From a virus (taxonomy: Duplodnaviria; Caudoviricetes): 30,599 nt of DNA. The position numbers and the translations under genes are program-made. The stretch covers positions 1 through 30,599 of IMG/VR virus record IMGVR_UViG_3300028599_000015; one strand, 5' to 3'. The notes beneath the pieces were generated by a model. The model made no database searches and had not been told where the DNA came from. It was given only the letters and a program-made list of their open reading frames with translations. Of this stretch, positions 7,525 through 16,860 are shown one piece after another (the stretch's first letter is position 1; the number at the start of each line of letters is the position of its first letter).

Positions 7525-9413
7525 TGTTAGGTTTTGCTCCCATATCAGCCGCCACACTGGGTGGTTCTGGTGTTGTCAGAGAAGTGGTATTAGCAGGTGT
7601 AACAGGAGTTCAATCTTCTGTAACTTTAGGGGTTATCTCCCTATCTACTGACGCCACTATATCTGATCAAGCCGTAAGAAAGCCTGAAACTGTTTTCTTC
7701 TATGACCCCAATAATGACGGTGTTGGAGTTGTACGCAGGAACGAATACCCATTTTACGATTGGATAAACTCTTTTATCTTGGGTATGCGGCCTCAGATAT
7801 TTACGACTGGCCCAGATAAGGACGCTCCTACAAGTGGTCCCATTTGGGATGAATCTGTAGCTGGTGACAAAGCCCTATCTGTACAAACTAAGTTTACCGC
7901 TGAGTTAACCTCTGACCCTATAGTGTCTCAGTCCTCATGGGTTCCTTTGGTTAACGGTGACTACACCTACCCAGCTACCTATGATGCTTCTCTTGGTTAT
8001 GATGCTAGTAACTCCTACCCTGTTACTGTAAACCTTAATCACTTACCCTCTGAGACCATCACTAACAATGCGGCAACTATCAGCACTATTGATGACCCTC
8101 TCTTAGCTACCCTCACTTTCCCTGCTTCTGACCCCAGCCTATTTAATGTTGTTGTTGGACAAGTACGCACAATAAACACTTTTGATACGACTGACACTGT
8201 TACATACTTTGACAGCCTTATTGATGGACAAGCGGGTTCTTTCCTTGACTCTCTTGTAGGAGAAAACAAGCACTATTTACTACAGAAATATGATACAGAT
8301 AAAGGTTTTGATGTTGGTACTCTATCTGTAGCAGCGTCTGGTAACGATAAAACAGACGAGACTATCCTTGCGGGAATATGTAACTACAAATACATTATTC
8401 CTGATAGTGATTCCCAAGGAATTACCCTTGGTTTTAACAGTTCTATTGCAATACCTGTTACAGAAGAACTCTTAGGTTTTGAGGTAGCCTTACAAGACAG
8501 TTTACCAGACCTACAAGCTAATGTTGTTGCTTTTGTAGATGGTTTTGACCTTGGTACTGTAGGACTACCTGACCCTCAATGGTACTTGAGTACGTCTAGG
8601 GTAGAAATTATAGCGGAACCCAATCAGCCTGCTAATGATGTAATATACCCTTACGCCTCTCGTTCACCTACTGCTGGACCTACACAGACAGACTTTGACT
8701 TTGCAGTATCCCTTGGTGTCTTAGCTGGTCCTATAGCTGCTGACCAACCTGTAGGTGGTTTTGATGCTACCTTAGCTTTAGGTACTCCCACTCTTAGGTC
8801 TTTTAATACCATACCTGTAGCTTCTCAAGTTGTCACACTAGCTTTAAACCTTTCTGGTGTAGAGGCTCAACCCACAGAGATTATATATCCTTCTGACAGT
8901 ATACTTATATCTACAAGTCTGGGAAGTATTACAACTATAGCTACCTCTAATGCTGTATGTACAAGTAGACTTGCCACCCTTGGCTTAGGTAACATAACTT
9001 TTGCTGCTAATGCTAACACTGCTCCAAGTGGTGTAGGGACTACGTTAAGCGAGAACTTATCTCTCGTCGTTACAGGTGATGCTAATGTATTACCTGTTGG
9101 AATAGAAGGCATACTAACGGTAGGGCGACTTGGAGTAGCTGCTGCAACACTCCTGCCTAGTGTTTCTGGAACCCTAAGCCTTGGTAATATTGGTGTTTCA
9201 GCCACAGTATTCTTCCATAGCTACACTTTAACAGCTTCGGTTGGGACTCTTTCAGCTACAGGCATACACTTCGACTTTGAGGCCATTAAGCACTTGTATA
9301 ACACAAAGAGGTCACAACATGCTGGTTTCCCTGCTAACAGGTCTGTCAGACCTACGTTTAGTAGTCCTAGACAAGTTAAGCCCCTAAAGTCCACTCAAAA
9401 CCTAGCTGCATAA
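7524..9413 (+). CDS. Virion protein with ~22-aa quasi-repeats (putative fibre 'rope' protein)
   Basis: MLGFAPISAA N-terminus; nine degenerate repeats of 20-25 aa in the C-terminal third; basic tail. Confidence 0.55.
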   Translation: MLGFAPISAATLGGSGVVREVVLAGVTGVQSSVTLGVISLSTDATISDQAVRKPETVFFYDPNNDGVGVVRRNEYPFYDWINSFILGMRPQIFTTGPDKDAPTSGPIWDESVAGDKALSVQTKFTAELTSDPIVSQSSWVPLVNGDYTYPATYDASLGYDASNSYPVTVNLNHLPSETITNNAATISTIDDPLLATLTFPASDPSLFNVVVGQVRTINTFDTTDTVTYFDSLIDGQAGSFLDSLVGENKHYLLQKYDTDKGFDVGTLSVAASGNDKTDETILAGICNYKYIIPDSDSQGITLGFNSSIAIPVTEELLGFEVALQDSLPDLQANVVAFVDGFDLGTVGLPDPQWYLSTSRVEIIAEPNQPANDVIYPYASRSPTAGPTQTDFDFAVSLGVLAGPIAADQPVGGFDATLALGTPTLRSFNTIPVASQVVTLALNLSGVEAQPTEIIYPSDSILISTSLGSITTIATSNAVCTSRLATLGLGNITFAANANTAPSGVGTTLSENLSLVVTGDANVLPVGIEGILTVGRLGVAAATLLPSVSGTLSLGNIGVSATVFFHSYTLTASVGTLSATGIHFDFEAIKHLYNTKRSQHAGFPANRSVRPTFSSPRQVKPLKSTQNLAA

Positions 9414-9427
9414 GAGGAACGTAAGAT

Positions 9428-9775
9428 ATGAGCCTAGTTTGGCCTAACAAAGACCCTGATGAACTGTTAGACTACAGTATTGATTGGTCTGACATTGTTT
9501 CTGGGTTTACCATTAGTACAGTAGTCTGGTCTGTAAGGTCTAATGCTAACACTGCCGAGACTGTATTAGCTGCTGGTCAAGATTTAACTACTGCTAGTAG
9601 TAGTGCCATAGTTGACAGTATACAGAACATACAGCAAGCCTTGTCGGGAAATAACGCAATTATTTATATAGGTGGTGGAATAGATGGAAGAGATTATACC
9701 TTTGTCTGCACCATTACCACAAGTATAGCGACCACTATCCAACGGGCCGTCATACTCCGCTGTAGGAGTGTATAA
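9428..9775 (+). CDS. Putative fibre-attachment adaptor protein
   Basis: 115 aa with KDPDELLDYSIDW and GG.DG.DY...C.ITT motifs, resembling fibre-tail adaptor proteins. Confidence 0.6.
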   Translation: MSLVWPNKDPDELLDYSIDWSDIVSGFTISTVVWSVRSNANTAETVLAAGQDLTTASSSAIVDSIQNIQQALSGNNAIIYIGGGIDGRDYTFVCTITTSIATTIQRAVILRCRSV

Positions 9776-10536
9776 TGCCAACTTGGACTAGGCACCTTTA
9801 TGAGCATAACGAACTTGCTATAGCTAAGGGTGAGTCTACTGGCTACAAGACCTTGTTCAAGTTCGGGTTTAATACTGATATAAACGGGACAGAAGAGACT
9901 ATCTGGTCGCAAGGTGGTAACTACCCTTGGCCTGATGCTTCCTTTACAGCTTATGTAGTTAGTGATGCTGCTGCTGATGCTAATGGAAACACAGGTGCTA
10001 ATAAGGTAAGGGTTGAGGGCTTAGACGCTAACTACAATGAACAGTCTGTAGAGGTAGAACTGAATGGTACTAGCCCTGTTGCTGTAGCTGGCACTTGGAT
10101 TAGGGTTAACAGAGCCTTTGTTACCTTAGCTGGATCAGGTGGTACTTCTGCTGGAACAATACACGTACAGAATGTAGATGGCTCTGTAGTTTACGCTAAC
10201 TTAGGACTAGGCAATCAAACACACGTAGCAGCCTACACTGTCCCTGCTGGATACACCCTGTATCTTGGTGACATTAACTTTACCGCTGCTTTGTCTCAGT
10301 CAAACAAGTTTGTAACTGCTAACTTTGTATCAAGAGACTTTGGCAGCAATGTGTTTCGTAGTCGATTTATTAACGTCCTACAGAGTACACAACTGATCGC
10401 TAAGTTTGAGTACCCACAGAGGTTTGAAGAGAAGACTGATATGGAGTGTAGGGCCGTATCTAACACAATTAACAATGCTGTAGGTGCTTCCTTTCAAGGT
10501 GTACTTATCAAGAATGACCCAACAGGGAATGTATAA
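9775..10536 (+). CDS. Hypothetical, probably virion-associated beta-rich protein, 253 aa
   Basis: TAATG-coupled on both sides within the head module; KFGFN, EGLDANY and YTVPAG motifs. Confidence 0.6.
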   Translation: MPTWTRHLYEHNELAIAKGESTGYKTLFKFGFNTDINGTEETIWSQGGNYPWPDASFTAYVVSDAAADANGNTGANKVRVEGLDANYNEQSVEVELNGTSPVAVAGTWIRVNRAFVTLAGSGGTSAGTIHVQNVDGSVVYANLGLGNQTHVAAYTVPAGYTLYLGDINFTAALSQSNKFVTANFVSRDFGSNVFRSRFINVLQSTQLIAKFEYPQRFEEKTDMECRAVSNTINNAVGASFQGVLIKNDPTGNV

Positions 10537-11456
10537 TGAACATTAACAAAGGCCAGTTAGCTAACGATGTATTTTCCACTGAGGCTGAAGCCAGAGTGAG
10601 GAGTATGGACTTAGGCATGAACGGTAGCACACATGCTCACCCTGATGCACAAGGACAGGCCCATTATATGCCCGGTGATAGCCATGAGGCTTATATGGCA
10701 TACTACGACAAGGAAACTGAAGAAGCCCCCTCACAGGACCGCTTAGAGGCTCTCAGAGTAGTTATCCAAGAGATTATGAAGGAAGACTTCGCCAAGGCTG
10801 AGTATCAAGGCGAGAAAGTCACCTTAAACAAACCTCGTCGTATTAAAGGCGGGAATAAGAAGTTTGAAGTGTTCGTACAAAGCGGAGGAAAGATCAAGCG
10901 TGTGGCTTTCGGAGACCCCAACATGGAGATACGGAGGGATGACCCGAAAGCTAGGGCCAACTTCCGTTCAAGACATTCGTGCGACACAAAGAAGGACAAA
11001 ACAACGGCAGGATACTGGTCCTGTAGAATGTGGGAGGGAGGAACCTCGGTGTCAGAACTTACAAAAACAAACATTGAAGGACAGATACTCAAAGCCGACG
11101 AAGAACAGCGTCTCGTTTATGGTTGGGCATCAGTCGTTACCGAAAAAGGCGAACCTGTTATTGATCGCCAAGGAGATATTATTGAACCAGACACACTTGT
11201 TAAAGCCGTGAACAACTTCATGGAACATATACGTGTCGGTAAAGAAATGCACAAAGGGGATCAGATTGGGGCGGTTATCCACTCAATGCCTATCACTAAA
11301 GAGATTGGTGAATCCCTTGGCATCCAGAGTGACCGAGAAGGTTGGATTGTAGCGTTTAAAGTCTACAATGATGACGTTTGGGCTAGGGTCAAATCTGGTG
11401 AACTTGCGGCCTTCTCAATAGGTGGTCGTGCAACCAAGGAATCTTATGATGCCTAA
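10536..11456 (+). CDS. Prohead maturation protease (XkdF-like) with two N-terminal extra domains
   Basis: C-terminal RLVYGWA, DRQGD, KEMH, GWIVAFKV and GELAAFSIGG motifs. Confidence 0.85.
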   Translation: MNINKGQLANDVFSTEAEARVRSMDLGMNGSTHAHPDAQGQAHYMPGDSHEAYMAYYDKETEEAPSQDRLEALRVVIQEIMKEDFAKAEYQGEKVTLNKPRRIKGGNKKFEVFVQSGGKIKRVAFGDPNMEIRRDDPKARANFRSRHSCDTKKDKTTAGYWSCRMWEGGTSVSELTKTNIEGQILKADEEQRLVYGWASVVTEKGEPVIDRQGDIIEPDTLVKAVNNFMEHIRVGKEMHKGDQIGAVIHSMPITKEIGESLGIQSDREGWIVAFKVYNDDVWARVKSGELAAFSIGGRATKESYDA

Positions 11457-12246
11457 TTTACTTAAACAGCTTGAGTTAGAGGAACTGTCCTTGGTTGATC
11501 GTCCAGCTAACGCACAAGCAATGGTCTCTCTATATAAGCGGGACAACTCCGAGGGAGAAACTATGGAGAACGAAGTAGAAAAAATGTCAGATGACATGAA
11601 AGCAAAGCTGAAGCCTTATATGGACAAAGGTATGTCCGAGGATGAAGCCATGAAAATGTATAACATGGACATGAAAAAAGAATACCAAGGCCCATTGGAT
11701 GAGGTAGACACCATTAAAGCGGAACTAGACCTAGTTAAAGCAGAGGCTGAACGCCTTAGCAAAGCCCTAGAAGAAGCTGGTTACATCGTTAAGGCAGACG
11801 CTATTGAGAAAATGGTTGAGCCTGAGTTTGTGACTTACGGTGACGAACAAATCAACAAAGCTGACATTCCTGCGCCTATTCTTAAGGCACTGGAAGAAGC
11901 AGAAGTTGCTAAAGCAGACGCTATCTTGGTTAAGAAAGCAGAAGCAGAACTTCCACACTTCGACCTTGAAGTAGCCAAAGCATTGGTTAGCAAGTTTGAA
12001 GCTGAAGAAACAGTAATGCAAGCACTCAAAGCTGCCGACAAGGTATTTGACGAAAGCATGACTGAACTGGGTAAATCTGATGCTGACGGTGAGTTTTCGA
12101 CTGCCGCTGACAAACTTGACGCACTCGTAAAGTCCTACATGGACACCAACAAAATGAAAAAGAGCGAACATGCTTTGGCTTATGCTGCTGTAGCTAAGAC
12201 CGATGAAGGCAAGGCTCTAATCACTAAATCCTATAAAGGGGAATAA
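11446..12246 (+). CDS. Capsid scaffold protein with N-terminal protease-like strand
   Basis: AAGGA RBS before ATGATG (11446/11449); ELSLVDRPAN at the N-terminus; acidic helical body; upstream of the capsid genes. Confidence 0.75.
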   Translation: MMPNLLKQLELEELSLVDRPANAQAMVSLYKRDNSEGETMENEVEKMSDDMKAKLKPYMDKGMSEDEAMKMYNMDMKKEYQGPLDEVDTIKAELDLVKAEAERLSKALEEAGYIVKADAIEKMVEPEFVTYGDEQINKADIPAPILKALEEAEVAKADAILVKKAEAELPHFDLEVAKALVSKFEAEETVMQALKAADKVFDESMTELGKSDADGEFSTAADKLDALVKSYMDTNKMKKSEHALAYAAVAKTDEGKALITKSYKGE

Positions 12247-12248
12247 AC

Positions 12249-12617
12249 ATGGCTGTTATGCAATCACGGGACACCCGTACTGTAATCGCAGGGGCAGACC
12301 TTTCTGCTGCTCAATTCAAATTCGTTAAACTAGACTCTGCTGCTGAAGCTGTTCTGGCTGGTAACGGTGAAAGTGCCTTTGGTGTATGTCTTGTAGGCGC
12401 ACTGGAAGATAACGCTGCAACTGTAGTTGTCACAGGTAAGACTATGGTAAAAGCTGGTGGTACTGTTACCGCTGGTGGTGCTGTCGCATCTGATGCCGCT
12501 GGTCTGTGTGTAGACGCTGCTTCTACCGACATCGTTATGGGTTATGCAACTGAAGCTGGTGTTACTAGCCAGATCATTGCTATCGAACTCATCCAAGGCG
12601 GCAACGCTGCTGCTTAA
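12249..12617 (+). CDS. Capsid decoration/cement protein (DUF2190-like)
   Basis: 122 aa, Ala/Gly/Val-rich (AGGTVTAGGAVASDAAG), immediately before the MCP. Confidence 0.75.
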   Translation: MAVMQSRDTRTVIAGADLSAAQFKFVKLDSAAEAVLAGNGESAFGVCLVGALEDNAATVVVTGKTMVKAGGTVTAGGAVASDAAGLCVDAASTDIVMGYATEAGVTSQIIAIELIQGGNAAA

Positions 12618-12644
12618 GTTAGCATAGAATAAGGAATAACTATT

Positions 12645-13646
12645 ATGCCACTATTGACTCCATCACAGGTGCATATCGACACCCCTCTGTCTAACTTGAC
12701 ACTGGCGTATGCACAATCACAAACCAACTTTGTCGCTGACAAGGTATTCCCAACAGTAGGTGTTGCTCGTCAGTCTGACAAGTACTACATCTATGACCGT
12801 GCCAACATGAACCGCACTGGTGACGTAAAGAAACTTGCGCCACGTACTGAGGTTAACCGTATCGGCATGACCATCTCCAACAGCAGCTACTTCGCTGATG
12901 TATACGGACTTGGAATGGACTTCGATGAGCAGACTATTGCTAACGAAGATGAAGTGCTGAACATCCGTTCTGCTGGTGCTGAAACTCTGGCAATGCGCCT
13001 GATGATCCACCGCGAAGAGAACTTTGCTACAACATTCTTCTCAACAGGAGTTTGGGGTACTGAGGTCGCTGGTGCAGCTTCTGGTGCAGGTACTCCTGTC
13101 TACTGGAACGATTACACCAACTCAACACCTATCACTGACGTAACTGATGCTCGTCGTGCAATGCAACTCAAGTCGGGCGGCTACAAGCCAAACACTATGG
13201 TTGTTGGTAAGGTAACACGGGACGAACTCATCAATCACCCAGACATTCTGGCACGTTTGAACGGTGGTTCTACCGTAGCTAACCCAGCGTTGATTACAGA
13301 CGCTAAGTTGGCTGAAATCTTTGAGGTAGAGAACTTCTTCGTCATGGAAGCTGTCAATAACACTGCTGTTGAGGGTGCTGCTGAAGCCAACGCCTTTATC
13401 GGTGGTAAACATGCTCTGTTGTGTCACACACCTTCAAGTGCTGGTCTTATGACCCCTGCTGCTGGTATGACATTCGCTTGGAACAATATTCCCGGTGCAA
13501 ACAACTTGGGTATCACTGTTGAATCCTTCTCGGATGATGCACTGAAGCGTCAGCAAATCGCTGAACATATCCAAGTTAAAATGTCTTACGACATGAAAGT
13601 TGTTGGCGCAGACTTGGGCTACTTCTTTAAAGACATCGTACAATAA
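12645..13646 (+). CDS. Major capsid protein
   Basis: 333 aa; HIDTPLSNL, FVADKVFPTV, PNTMVVG, LINHPDIL and terminal GYFFKDIV motifs; position after scaffold and decoration genes. Confidence 0.9.
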   Translation: MPLLTPSQVHIDTPLSNLTLAYAQSQTNFVADKVFPTVGVARQSDKYYIYDRANMNRTGDVKKLAPRTEVNRIGMTISNSSYFADVYGLGMDFDEQTIANEDEVLNIRSAGAETLAMRLMIHREENFATTFFSTGVWGTEVAGAASGAGTPVYWNDYTNSTPITDVTDARRAMQLKSGGYKPNTMVVGKVTRDELINHPDILARLNGGSTVANPALITDAKLAEIFEVENFFVMEAVNNTAVEGAAEANAFIGGKHALLCHTPSSAGLMTPAAGMTFAWNNIPGANNLGITVESFSDDALKRQQIAEHIQVKMSYDMKVVGADLGYFFKDIVQ

Positions 13647-13655
13647 ATGTACCTT

Positions 13656-13681
13656 GGTGGGGGGCTTAGGTGTCCCCTGCC
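13656..13681 (+). terminator. G-rich hairpin after the major capsid gene
   Basis: GGTGGGGGGC / GTCCCCTGCC stem with G-U pairs; weak U tail. Confidence 0.45.
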
Positions 13682-13706
13682 TTACACTATATAGGATACC
13701 CCGACA

Positions 13707-14132
13707 ATGCACCCTTCATACCTTGGCTGGCAGATAGACTGGCCTGTTTTCGTAAAGAGACCATTTACCTCAGACGGTAAACAGTGGGAAACCCAAGACC
13801 ACTATAACTGGTTAAATCGTGGCATAGGATCAGATGCTGTAGCTAGTTTGTATGTTCAAGGCTTTATCCACCACAACAGAGAATTAGAGAAACAAGCTAA
13901 AGTTGGAGATAGGCTAAGTGAACTAACTGGCCCACAACTAGACAAGCTGATAGGACTTCTTAACGCAGAAGTAAAAGCTAACACTAACAGTAATACAGAG
14001 TACACCGAAAAGAAAGTTAAGCAGTCTAAGATAGATGCTAAACAACGCGCACTACTGAGAAGTTACCTTCGAAACAACAGATGGATCGAAGATAAGTTCT
14101 TTGAAATAAGAGACGGTATATTAGAAGACTAA
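13707..14132 (+). CDS. Hypothetical protein in the head-neck region, 141 aa
   Basis: AGGA RBS; full ORF between MCP and head-tail connector. Confidence 0.7.
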   Translation: MHPSYLGWQIDWPVFVKRPFTSDGKQWETQDHYNWLNRGIGSDAVASLYVQGFIHHNRELEKQAKVGDRLSELTGPQLDKLIGLLNAEVKANTNSNTEYTEKKVKQSKIDAKQRALLRSYLRNNRWIEDKFFEIRDGILED

Positions 14133-14146
14133 AGCAGGAGTAGACG

Positions 14147-14614
14147 ATGGGGTGGACATATGACCCAACAAATCTTGGAACGGCAGATGCAGCCCAACGT
14201 CTTAACTCTGTTAGGCTCCTAGTAGGTGATACTGACACTGCTGACCAACAGCTACAAGATGAGGAAGTAACCTTTGGTTTAGGCCAGAATGGTAACTCTA
14301 TTTATCATACTGCTAGTTGGTCAGCTAGGACTATCGCCTCTAAGTACTCAAGACAGGTAACAACAGCTTTAGACGGTGCTTTAAGTGCTGACTACTCTGA
14401 CCTAGCTAAACAGTATATGTCACTGGCAGACACCTTAGAGTACCAAGCTAAGACTGCTGGTGGTAACATAGGCATCTACGCTGGTGGTATCTCTAAGACC
14501 TCCGTACAGGCTGTGAGAGAGAATACAGATCGTATAAAGCCTTCTTTCCGCAGAGACAGGTTTAAGAACCCACCAAGCTATAATGGTGAAGACTACAACT
14601 CATCGTATGACTAA
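14147..14614 (+). CDS. Head-tail connector/adaptor protein
   Basis: VRLLVGDTD...LQDEEV motif; AGGAG RBS; synteny. Confidence 0.75.
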   Translation: MGWTYDPTNLGTADAAQRLNSVRLLVGDTDTADQQLQDEEVTFGLGQNGNSIYHTASWSARTIASKYSRQVTTALDGALSADYSDLAKQYMSLADTLEYQAKTAGGNIGIYAGGISKTSVQAVRENTDRIKPSFRRDRFKNPPSYNGEDYNSSYD

Positions 14615-14625
14615 GGTAGGTTAAC

Positions 14626-14985
14626 ATGTCGTTTAGACCATATGACTTGCTGAACTTAGTTAATAGGTTTGGTGAACCCCTTACACTTAATAAGGTGACT
14701 ACCTCTGGCACTTATAACCCTGCCAATGGTACTGTTACTGGATCAGCGACTACTGACTACTCCTTTACTGGTTACTTCTACAACTATGATAATGGTATAG
14801 CTGGTAACATTGATGAGATACGCAGAGGTACTCGTAAGTGCCTTATTTCCGCTTCTAGCCTAGCTGTAGTGCCAGATGATGAGGATCAGATAACAGGCAA
14901 TGGAGACACAGTTAATGTTCTTTCTGTTGTTACTATCTTCTCTAATGGTATTGCAATATGTTACATCTGTGATGTGAGGGAATAA
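14626..14985 (+). CDS. Head closure/stopper protein
   Basis: 119 aa with FG..LTL and GTYNPANG motifs; synteny. Confidence 0.7.
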   Translation: MSFRPYDLLNLVNRFGEPLTLNKVTTSGTYNPANGTVTGSATTDYSFTGYFYNYDNGIAGNIDEIRRGTRKCLISASSLAVVPDDEDQITGNGDTVNVLSVVTIFSNGIAICYICDVRE

Positions 14986-15395
14986 TGAGTATACAGAAAA
15001 CCTTTAGTGACATTAGGGGTAGGATAGATAGTACAGTTAGTAGGGGTCTTAAGGTTAAGGCTAAACAAATAGCTGATTACACCGTTATGATTTCTCCTGT
15101 CTACTCTGGTGCATATGTAGAGTCATTTTCCATCAAAGCCCGTGGTGAAGGTGGTGGACGTAGCAGGTCATCAGGTGCAAGAAACGCTCAAAAGCGGTCC
15201 CCTAACCCAGAGTCTCACAAAGCTATAGCACTAGATCAACTATACAGCGATATAACTGCCTTGGGTAAAGATAAGATTGATGGCTTTGTGCTTAGGAATA
15301 GGTCTCCCCACGTAAGGGAAGTAGAAAATGGGTCTGTTGAAAATAATGTACCTGCCCATAAAGTCTTTGAGAATGTTAGGATAAAGTTTGGCTAG
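14985..15395 (+). CDS. Neck/tail completion protein (HK97 gp10-like)
   Basis: SPVYSGAY and N.SPH...VENG motifs; basic composition; synteny. Confidence 0.7.
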   Translation: MSIQKTFSDIRGRIDSTVSRGLKVKAKQIADYTVMISPVYSGAYVESFSIKARGEGGGRSRSSGARNAQKRSPNPESHKAIALDQLYSDITALGKDKIDGFVLRNRSPHVREVENGSVENNVPAHKVFENVRIKFG

Positions 15396-15795
15396 TATTC
15401 ATTCAGACATTAGAGCCGCTTTGGAAAGCAAGTTAGCTAACATAGCTGGCATACCTCCAATAGCCTTCGACAATGTACCCTACGACCCTACGACTGGTAC
15501 TAGCTTCATTAAGTCTAGCTATATTCCTGTCACACGTGTACCTGCTGTAAGAGGCTTAAATCCTTCTCAACTATATAAAGGTTTATACTCAGTTACTGTG
15601 TACTGTCCAGAGGGTAATGGCCCAGCAACTGCTGATGGTATCGCTAACACTGTAATAGAGAACTTTGAAGCTGCCACAGACGTATCACTAAACAACTTTA
15701 ACGTATCAATAGACTATGCCGAAAGACAACAAGGCTTCTTGGATACACCTTGGTACTACATACCGATTAATATCGGCTGGTACATATACAATTAG
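15388..15795 (+). CDS. Tail terminator protein
   Basis: IAFDNVPYDP and G.Y.VTVYCPEGNG motifs; directly upstream of the tail tube; TTG start. Confidence 0.75.
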   Translation: MASIHSDIRAALESKLANIAGIPPIAFDNVPYDPTTGTSFIKSSYIPVTRVPAVRGLNPSQLYKGLYSVTVYCPEGNGPATADGIANTVIENFEAATDVSLNNFNVSIDYAERQQGFLDTPWYYIPINIGWYIYN

Positions 15796-15806
15796 GAGAA
15801 TAATAC

Positions 15807-16739
15807 ATGCCTACCTTCGCACAGGGTTCACGATCTAGCCTAAGCTATGTCACTGAGTCCACATTCGGAACTACCCCTGCTGGTAACTTCCAGAACATCC
15901 CATTCACTTCACACGGTCTTAACTTAACTAAAGACTTGGTTGCTGGTACTGACATTCAAGCTGACCGTATGCCTCGCCATGAACGTCACGGTAACAAACA
16001 GTCTGCTGGTGATATTGTAGTTGACCTCCGTAAAGGTGACTTCGACCCATTCCTTGAGTCAGTCATGCTTAATACTTTTGTAGACTCAGGCACTAACGAC
16101 ACTCTTGTAGTTGGTACAACACCTAAGTACTTCTCGATTGAAGACTACTCTGCTGATATTGATCAGGCTCGTTTGTTTACAGGTCAGACTGTTTCCACTA
16201 TGGGTATCTCTATTGCTCCTAATCAGATGGTAACTACTACCTTTGGTATGGTTGGCAAGGGTATGACTATTGGTGCCACAGAGAAGACACAGGACGCAGC
16301 AAGCACTAACTCTCCATTCGATGCCTATTCAGGTGACTTACAGATTGGTAACAATGTAGCTGGCCTTGCAGCCTCTGCAATCATTACCGCTATTGACTTT
16401 AGTGTGGCTAACTCGTTTGCACCTACCTTTGTTGTCGGGTCCGATGAGACCCCGGCCCTTGAGGTTGGTCGTGCAGAAGTGACAGGTTCGTTCTCAGCAT
16501 ACTTTGAAGATGACGCCCTGATTAATCGTTTTCTTAATGAAACAGAATCAGCTATTCAAGTATCTGTCAACGACCCAACTGCTGCTAATGCTTACACCTT
16601 CCTATTCCCAAGAGTTAAAATCAACTCTGCTGATGTAGGTGTAGATGGCCCAACAAGCCGTATCATTAGCCTAAGTTTCACATCCCTATTCGATACGACC
16701 ACTTCTACTAACTTGAAGATTACTCGTACTGATACATAG
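15807..16739 (+). CDS. Major tail tube protein
   Basis: 310 aa; YVTESTFGTTP and EVTGSFSAYFED motifs; AGGAG RBS; precedes chaperones and TMP. Confidence 0.88.
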   Translation: MPTFAQGSRSSLSYVTESTFGTTPAGNFQNIPFTSHGLNLTKDLVAGTDIQADRMPRHERHGNKQSAGDIVVDLRKGDFDPFLESVMLNTFVDSGTNDTLVVGTTPKYFSIEDYSADIDQARLFTGQTVSTMGISIAPNQMVTTTFGMVGKGMTIGATEKTQDAASTNSPFDAYSGDLQIGNNVAGLAASAIITAIDFSVANSFAPTFVVGSDETPALEVGRAEVTGSFSAYFEDDALINRFLNETESAIQVSVNDPTAANAYTFLFPRVKINSADVGVDGPTSRIISLSFTSLFDTTTSTNLKITRTDT

Positions 16740-16782
16740 GTAGCGAAGCTAACGCTTCTATCTAATCCCTGCTAGCTAGGGC

Positions 16783-16819
16783 GGGGGGCATTGGTGTCGG
16801 GTCTGATGCTCCCCATTTT
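16783..16819 (+). terminator. 12-bp hairpin plus short U tract after the tail tube gene
   Basis: GGGGGGCATTGG / CTGATGCTCCCC fully paired allowing G-U, followed by ATTTT. Confidence 0.55.
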
Positions 16820-16860
16820 ATATACTAACCCGACATAACCCTGACCCAAGGAACCTGACA

